From: a virus | Lineage: Duplodnaviria; Caudoviricetes | Reading direction: 5' to 3' (one strand) | Length of the DNA stretch: 64,000 bases | IMG/VR virus record: IMGVR_UViG_3300032462_000002 | Location: 1-64,000 of that record | In this document: positions 58,202 through 64,000 of the stretch, in pieces | How the letters are laid out: each line of letters opens with the position of its first letter | How positions within the stretch are numbered: position 1 is the first letter of the stretch | Program-made: the position numbers and the translations under genes | Notes under the pieces: generated by a model | Told to the model about the DNA's origin: nothing | The model's database searches: none | The model's input: the letters and a program-made list of their open reading frames with translations, nothing else

Positions 58202-58678
58202 ATGAGCAACAACAACTCTGTCGCTGTTATTGTTGTGGGCCTGTTAGGGTTCATGGCAATTGCCATCACAGGAAAATGGATTCTCGATCAAAATAATGAG
58301 TGTAATCATCATCGCCAAGATCATCGAGATCGAATTGAAATAAACACACCGGCACCACAAGTTGTGACACCACCGGCTCAACAAATAATTGTGACACCAC
58401 CGGCTCAACAAATAATTGTGACACCACCGGCTCAACAAATCATCATTGGTCGTCCTTACCCACAAGCCTACCCACAATATCACAGCAGAAACGAATTCTG
58501 GATGGGATATTCCGATGGATGGAATGGTATGGGAATGCGTCAGAATTGCCCTGAATATATTCAGGGCTATCAGATCGGCACGCATGATCGCAGTTGTCAT
58601 CGACCATATTATCACGAACGACATTGCCCACCAGGGTTCTCTTTGAGAGTCCCTGGCTTTAGCTTGAATATCCGTTAA
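58202..58678 (+). CDS. membrane-anchored protein with 30-bp tandem repeats
   Basis: AGGAGG SD; TM; VTPPAQQII x3; GYSDG..YIQG. Confidence 0.65.
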   Translation: MSNNNSVAVIVVGLLGFMAIAITGKWILDQNNECNHHRQDHRDRIEINTPAPQVVTPPAQQIIVTPPAQQIIVTPPAQQIIIGRPYPQAYPQYHSRNEFWMGYSDGWNGMGMRQNCPEYIQGYQIGTHDRSCHRPYYHERHCPPGFSLRVPGFSLNIR

Positions 58679-58682
58679 GCAA

Positions 58683-58716
58683 AAAAACACCCCATGATTT
58701 TTCATGGGGTGTTTTT
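58683..58716. terminator. bidirectional terminator
   Basis: aaaaacaccccatga-ttt-tcatggggtgttttt. Confidence 0.85.
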
Positions 58717-58721
58717 GTTTT

Positions 58722-59297
58722 TTACTCGTATTTTTCAATCAAGAAATTTGGCAACTTAGGAGCGATGATTGAAAGCAATTCAAACGCTCCTTTATTGGTA
58801 AACACGATTTCGTATCTGCCTCTACACTGATGCAGATCACAGGTGCAATCTAGCGAATTGAAATATTCAGCTATGATCTTTGTGCCTTCTTCGCCAAACT
58901 TGTGAGTCCGCAAATAGGCTTTTCTTTTACTTTTCCGACCGGCATCAACAAACCAAACCATCCAGGCTTCGTCTGTCAATATTTCCAGCATCTCACGAGT
59001 CACTGTCTTAGCGCCATCTTTGTAATACATTTCGTATGCTTCATTGAAGATTGGAAAAGCAACACTGTAACACCTGTAAGTGTTTTTGTCTTTCTTGATG
59101 GTATTTTGGTCGATCTTGAAGAAATCCTTTAAGACCTCGATCTTATAAGACAACCACATATTGTCGTGGTCACGCATGGCGAGGTAACAATTCTTACCAC
59201 GCTCAGGGTGAATGATAGAGGAGCCTCCAAGGATGGTCCCGTATAGCACTTGTCTCTGGCTGTCTTTTAAGTTTGGTCCGCACTGATAAGTCATCAT
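58722..59297 (-). CDS. LAGLIDADG-fold protein, probably catalytically inactive
   Basis: LYGTILGGSSI and WMVWFVDAG lack the canonical GDG and DDG. Confidence 0.7.
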   Translation of the reverse strand: MMTYQCGPNLKDSQRQVLYGTILGGSSIIHPERGKNCYLAMRDHDNMWLSYKIEVLKDFFKIDQNTIKKDKNTYRCYSVAFPIFNEAYEMYYKDGAKTVTREMLEILTDEAWMVWFVDAGRKSKRKAYLRTHKFGEEGTKIIAEYFNSLDCTCDLHQCRGRYEIVFTNKGAFELLSIIAPKLPNFLIEKYE

Positions 59298-59432
59298 TGT
59301 CTCCTTGTTGCCATATATACGTTTCGCAACATTGTTCCCGAAGATATGTAGTAGAAATCGGAATAAAAATATGAGCAGCATAGCTATTGTGAACAAAAAG
59401 TTCACTCGCATTAAAAAAAGGAGATAAATACT

Positions 59433-59771
59433 ATGGGAGCAACAAGCGTAACAGGCGTTAGTGGTCCAGGAAGCGTAGCCGGTCTTCAGAAGGGTTCGGA
59501 GCATATGTCTCTTGGCGTAGCCAAGTTGATTGGTCCGAAGGTTTCTGCTGCTGGTAAGATTACTTTGACTGGCACAACTGGCGTTGTAGAATTTCCAGAA
59601 TTGGTTGGTGTAGTTGGCGATTACGTCGTCATGTTGACTGCTAATAGCGTCACACATGTTTTCGTTTCGACACCATTGGCCGCTATTGCAAGCACAGATC
59701 AGTGGGGATTCGTCGCAACTGGTGGTACTAATGCAGTAGTTAATTGGGCAGTCGTTAAAGTCGGCAACTAA
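59433..59771 (+). CDS. small beta-rich structural protein, paralog 2
   Basis: MGATSVTGVSGPG; AGGAG SD. Confidence 0.7.
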   Translation: MGATSVTGVSGPGSVAGLQKGSEHMSLGVAKLIGPKVSAAGKITLTGTTGVVEFPELVGVVGDYVVMLTANSVTHVFVSTPLAAIASTDQWGFVATGGTNAVVNWAVVKVGN

Positions 59772-60026
59772 TTGATGACAAAATGAAAGAATTGAATGAA
59801 GCAAAAAAGTGATGCCCGGCAGCATTGCTCTTTTGGAAAAAGGCAAAACTCATCCTTATTAGCCTTTCTAATTAAGCTAACAAAACCTTGACATTGTGTG
59901 ATGTCAAGGTTTTGTTTTTATATCAGGTCGCCATTCTCATCGAGACAACACAGAGGCATTTGCGAACCTGCGATTTACTCTGTTCAGCCCGGTCTTTTGA
60001 GTAGACTGCTACCTTGTCTTTATTTT

Positions 60027-60593
60027 CTATTCAGTCTCATCTTTTGGACGATAGAACTTGAAGTTTTTGTCGGCCCATTCGATTGCCATGTGCGATCCCC
60101 TTGCCAAAAGACCTACAAGTTGCGTTGGATTGCCACTTCCTTCAATGGCGATGTTGTCTCGCTCATTGTTTTCAATCCAAACCAGAGCAAACGTCAAATT
60201 AGGTCGCTGCTTCAACTCCATTGCCATCTGACGAATAGTCACAAGAGAAAGATCAGGTAGTCCCAATTCTTTGAGAGTGGCCCGCAGAGCATCACCGCCA
60301 GCTTCCAAAATGTTGTTTAACTTCTTTGTCAGAACTTTCATAGCCATCAGTCGATCATCGGCTTCGATGATGAGTTGATACGAGAAATCATCTACATTGT
60401 CCTGATTAGACAGGACTAAAAGACTGCAAGGGTGTTGTTCTTTAACATCTGAAACTTGGTTTGATATGCTCACCAAACTTTTTTCATCTGTTAGCTTAAA
60501 ATGTATCCAACTTCCTTCAGCACTGGTGTCGATTAGCGTAAGCCCATCAAATTTTTTCAGTGCCTCAATCAATAATTCAAATTCCTTTTCCAT
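60027..60593 (-). CDS. hypothetical protein
   Basis: GGAGG SD. Confidence 0.6.
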   Translation of the reverse strand: MEKEFELLIEALKKFDGLTLIDTSAEGSWIHFKLTDEKSLVSISNQVSDVKEQHPCSLLVLSNQDNVDDFSYQLIIEADDRLMAMKVLTKKLNNILEAGGDALRATLKELGLPDLSLVTIRQMAMELKQRPNLTFALVWIENNERDNIAIEGSGNPTQLVGLLARGSHMAIEWADKNFKFYRPKDETE

Positions 60594-60597
60594 ATGG

Positions 60598-61134
60598 TTA
60601 ATCCTCCAAGATTCCAGCGTGATCGAGAGATTGCACGAGTTTGATTAGATGTTTGCACATTCCTGGCATTTCGAGCGGATTCGCCGAGCCAGGATTTACA
60701 TTCGCTTCGTACTTCTTTCTGACTCTTCCATACAACGATGTATCTATGTGATCTGTGTAGTTGAAACGCCATTTGAAATCGTTACAATCACACCGAACCA
60801 ACACATTGTTCTCTTTATCGAGTCTTTCAAAAACGTAGTGACGACCATCGTTCGCTACAATCTCGATCCAGTTCTGGTTGTCTTTGGAGTCGTGATAATT
60901 CACGCCTTTGAACAATACCATAGGGGAATATTCTTTTCCGCTTTCTTCACTATGCGCAATACCCTTTATGAACAGGGTTTTAACTCCCAAGAAAGGCGTC
61001 CAATTCAACTCGATGATCCGAACTAAATCGGTGGCATGTTGTCTTTTGGTCGTCTGGGGGAAGGCTTGAACCGTACTTGTGTAAAGGTCTTGAAGATTAG
61101 ATTCTTGAAAAACCAGCCAATTTTGGAAACGCAT
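60598..61134 (-). CDS. SWIM-type Zn-finger protein
   Basis: VRCDCNDF ... NP..PGMCKHL; N-terminus MRFQNWLVFQE. Confidence 0.7.
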   Translation of the reverse strand: MRFQNWLVFQESNLQDLYTSTVQAFPQTTKRQHATDLVRIIELNWTPFLGVKTLFIKGIAHSEESGKEYSPMVLFKGVNYHDSKDNQNWIEIVANDGRHYVFERLDKENNVLVRCDCNDFKWRFNYTDHIDTSLYGRVRKKYEANVNPGSANPLEMPGMCKHLIKLVQSLDHAGILED

Positions 61135-61167
61135 ACAATATTTAAGCAGCCAAACTATATTATTGAC

Positions 61168-61464
61168 ATGAGCGAAGAAATACTCCAATTCCCGACGCCT
61201 CCAGAGGGAAAAAAACGATTCGAGGTTAAAATGCGACCAGCCAACGGCGGCGGCATTGAGAAAGCAATTTTCATTGATAATGAAATTATGGATTGGCAAA
61301 TTGACCTAAATTCATATATGGAAGCCGTGAAAATGGGACCGATGTATCGCCGTGAAATTCAGCGAAGCATCGAAGAACATTTCATCGAATCGGTATCCGA
61401 TACCTTGGGCCGAAAGGTTACAATGGAAGAGATCAAAGTGGCAATCAAAACCGGATGGATTTAA
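61168..61464 (+). CDS. hypothetical protein
   Basis: ORF. Confidence 0.55.
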   Translation: MSEEILQFPTPPEGKKRFEVKMRPANGGGIEKAIFIDNEIMDWQIDLNSYMEAVKMGPMYRREIQRSIEEHFIESVSDTLGRKVTMEEIKVAIKTGWI

Positions 61465-61612
61465 CAGGGAAGTCATTAGTATCACAGAACAAGGAGGTGC
61501 GGCTTGTTGTAGAACATGTTGATGGAAGCAAACATTGGCATATTGATGGTATCTTTCATCGACCTTTGGAAAAAGCCTGTTGTAGAATATGCAGATGCTA
61601 GGATGTTACTCA

Positions 61613-62195
61613 ATGTTTAGACCAGATCAAGTCCATGATGTCATGAAGCTGTACACCATCGGTGACGGCGAGCCTAATACTTGATGAAGTTCAAACCGGC
61701 GTAGGCTTGACCGGGACAACATGGGCATACGAACATCATGCCGGGCTGCGGCCCGATATGATAGCGTTCGGGAAGAAAACGCAGGTCTGTGGCTTCGCTT
61801 CTACCACCCGTATTGATGAAGTGCCTGATAATGTATTCAAACAATCCAGTCGTATCAATTCGACCTGGGGTGGAAACATTATTGACATGATTAGATTCAC
61901 GCACATTGCAGAGATCATGAAAGAAGATGGAATCTTAAATCAAGTTGCCATAGTTGGCGACTACTTCTTAAAGCAGCTTCACACGATTCCACGCATCACT
62001 AATGTTCGTGGCAAAGGATTGATGCTGGCTTTTGATTTAGAGACGCCTGACGCACGCAACAAGGTCTTAGATAACCTACTAAAAAGAATGACCGTCCTGC
62101 CTTGTGGAGAACGGTCAATTCGATTAAGACCACATTTGATATTCTCAATGGCCGACGTAGACGAGGCCATCGACATCATTAAACACGCCGTTTAA
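61613..62195 (+). pseudogene. internally deleted class III (lysine 6-) aminotransferase
   Basis: N-terminus MFRPDQVHDVMKLYTIGDG joined out of frame to LILDEVQTG..AFGKK..SRINSTWGG. Confidence 0.75.
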
Positions 62196-63672
62196 GATAC
62201 TCAAAGAATAATGGCATCTTGTTTTTGTTCCTCAGATTGTGATCTGCAAATTTACTTGTGTGAGGAGTATCCAAATTTGGTTCTGGCAATCCAAGTTTAG
62301 CAAGATCGACTCCCTGTTTTTTCAGCATGGACAATAAGGTGTCCTTGTCTACGCCTGCCTTTTCAGCAGACGCCATGATTTCTGGAATTTCTGCCTGGAA
62401 AACCACAGGTGGCTCTTTTGAAACATCAATCAAATTTTTGAGATGAGACTGTAAAGGATCAGATTTTGCTTCTGGTGCTGTTTCTGGTGCTGTTTCTGGT
62501 GCTGTTTCTGGAGTTGTTTCTGGTGCTGTTTCTGGAGTTGCTTCTGGTGCTGTTTCTGGAGTTGCCGCCTGATTCAATCCAGCCTTAACTTGTTTGAGTG
62601 CAGCAGCAAAGTCTTCTGTTGGTTGACTTCCAGTCATACCCTTCTCAAGCTCTCCCAATGCGTGCATAGCTTGTTGGATAGCATCCGTGTCACGTCCTTG
62701 ATCTTTCTGTGCTTGATACTCATCGCCAGCTTTACCCCATTGGTTCCAAGCCCCTTTGGCATTAGCCCATTGACGACCAAACCAATCTTTAGCACCATCG
62801 AACATGCCTTCATTGAGGTATTGCCCTTCTTCGATATACCAATCAACAAATTTAACTGGATCAATACCATGTTCTTGAAGAGTTCGCAGCCCAGTCTTAA
62901 TTTCATTATGAAGCCTGATCTTACGAGTGAATTCGCCAAATCCATTTGATTCAAAAGATGGCGTATCAGCACTAGCCGCTTGAGCAATATTAGCTGGGTT
63001 GTTGAGTAGATGCAGCAAATTAACAACTGCTGCTTGGAAAGAAGGTCCGCCAAGTTTTTCCATCAATGACTTGGACTTAGACATACGCTTAGAAAGTGCA
63101 TCTACAGCGGTTGCTGCATTCTTGGCATGTTGTGTGTATGCTGGCTGTGGCGTTGATCCTGGTGGCGTTGATCCTGGTGGCGTTGATCCTGGTGGCGTTG
63201 ATCCTGGTGGCGTTGATCCTGGTGGCGTTGATCCTGGTGGCGTTGATCCTGGTGGCGTTGATCCTGGATGAATTGAAGAGTAGGGATTTCCCTCAACGCC
63301 TGAGTTAAAACTTTTTGCAATATCTCCTCCCTGCCCTTGTAGCCAGCCACCAACTTTGCCTCCTAATTCACTAGCTCCTCCTAATGCTCTACCTAATCCA
63401 TAAGTAACGGCGGAACTTTTTGGTCGATTGGCAGTTTGTTGATAGCCCTGTTTGAATCTATCGAAAAAACCTTCATTTAGATAAATCTCATTTTTAAGCC
63501 ATTCTTCAGATGCTTCTGTAAGCAATCCTTGGTCCTGCATACCGATTCCATCGGTTGTGTACCACTCGACAAAATCGTTAGGATCAATTCCACGTTCGGA
63601 CATCAAAATGAACGATTCTCTTACCATTCTGAGATTCGTGGTGGTTTTTAGGCTTTCAGTAAATGTTCTCAT
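62179..63672 (-). CDS. low-complexity putative internal protein with a duplicated domain
   Basis: GIDP..FV.WY...YLNEG.FD occurs twice; 15-bp PPGST x7 at 63149-63267; TAPE repeats. Confidence 0.65.
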   Translation of the reverse strand: MRTFTESLKTTTNLRMVRESFILMSERGIDPNDFVEWYTTDGIGMQDQGLLTEASEEWLKNEIYLNEGFFDRFKQGYQQTANRPKSSAVTYGLGRALGGASELGGKVGGWLQGQGGDIAKSFNSGVEGNPYSSIHPGSTPPGSTPPGSTPPGSTPPGSTPPGSTPPGSTPPGSTPQPAYTQHAKNAATAVDALSKRMSKSKSLMEKLGGPSFQAAVVNLLHLLNNPANIAQAASADTPSFESNGFGEFTRKIRLHNEIKTGLRTLQEHGIDPVKFVDWYIEEGQYLNEGMFDGAKDWFGRQWANAKGAWNQWGKAGDEYQAQKDQGRDTDAIQQAMHALGELEKGMTGSQPTEDFAAALKQVKAGLNQAATPETAPEATPETAPETTPETAPETAPETAPEAKSDPLQSHLKNLIDVSKEPPVVFQAEIPEIMASAEKAGVDKDTLLSMLKKQGVDLAKLGLPEPNLDTPHTSKFADHNLRNKNKMPLFFEYLKRRV

Positions 63673-63685
63673 TTAATTCCTCATA

Positions 63686-64000
63686 CTATTCTGACAACTG
63701 GTATTCGTAATCTTTCAGTTTTAACTTCACGAAGGGAAGTAAAGGCAACGCTGCCGACTCCGTATATACAGATTCGAGAACATTATTTAGCTCTGTGTCC
63801 CAGGTTTTGAGGTCTGAGATAGGACGATAATACGAGACATTAGGAAGCAGCATCTGCTTGTGAGAACGAAGTCCAACGCAAATTGCAATGACCTTGTAAT
63901 TATCAGTCAAAAACAACGGCCCGCCTGAATCACCCAGGAAAGCAAAACAATTGGCTCGAATCAAACCTTGAAATCCCTTCGGGAAAAGAGTTTTAGGCTG
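63686..64000 (-). CDS. trypsin-like serine protease C-terminus; 5' end lies outside the window
   Basis: GDSGGPLF; frame is open to the window edge. Confidence 0.75.
   Translation of the reverse strand, partial: QPKTLFPKGFQGLIRANCFAFLGDSGGPLFLTDNYKVIAICVGLRSHKQMLLPNVSYYRPISDLKTWDTELNNVLESVYTESAALPLLPFVKLKLKDYEYQLSE

Noticed and set aside
59298-59846. Long N-terminal extension of the LAGLIDADG ORF
   Set aside because: It is antisense to the real 59433-59771 gene; the SD-supported start is 59297.
62999-63353. GVDPG, VALIL and HQDQR repeat ORFs
   Set aside because: These are alternative frames of the 15-bp PPGST repeat.
1-64000. Stop-codon reassignment
   Set aside because: Core genes are full length in code 11 and end in TAA, TAG or TGA (the capsid gene ends in TAG).
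1-64000. tRNA or rRNA genes
   Set aside because: No cloverleaf or T-loop context was recognised by eye; tRNAscan-SE would be needed to exclude them.

Overview
This window is part of a large T4-like (Caudoviricetes) phage genome in the standard genetic code. It carries the head module: large terminase, a portal with two inteins, a prohead-core-like protein, prohead protease, scaffold and major capsid protein. Around it are a primase, a Cas4/RecB-like nuclease, an actin-fold ATPase, GlpX, a ferritin-like protein, an Acb1-like 2H phosphoesterase, glycosyl/methyl/sulfo-transferases, several exported proteases, homing endonucleases and many decayed or mosaic genes. The best candidate for an undescribed system is a minus-strand cassette at 42875-48316. 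It encodes an MTase-like protein, an SF2 helicase ending in half of a helicase-associated (HA)-like domain, two 7-repeat proteins that each start with the complementary half and vary at fixed positions of a putative recognition helix, and a one-repeat mini-protein. Other notable signals are an exact 105-bp in-frame inversion splitting a methyltransferase, a capsid-fragment minigene interrupted by an (AC)6 tract, T4-type capsid-targeting N-termini on about 11 proteins, and a C-terminal tag shared by two unrelated proteases. All calls come from reading motifs by eye; no searches were run.
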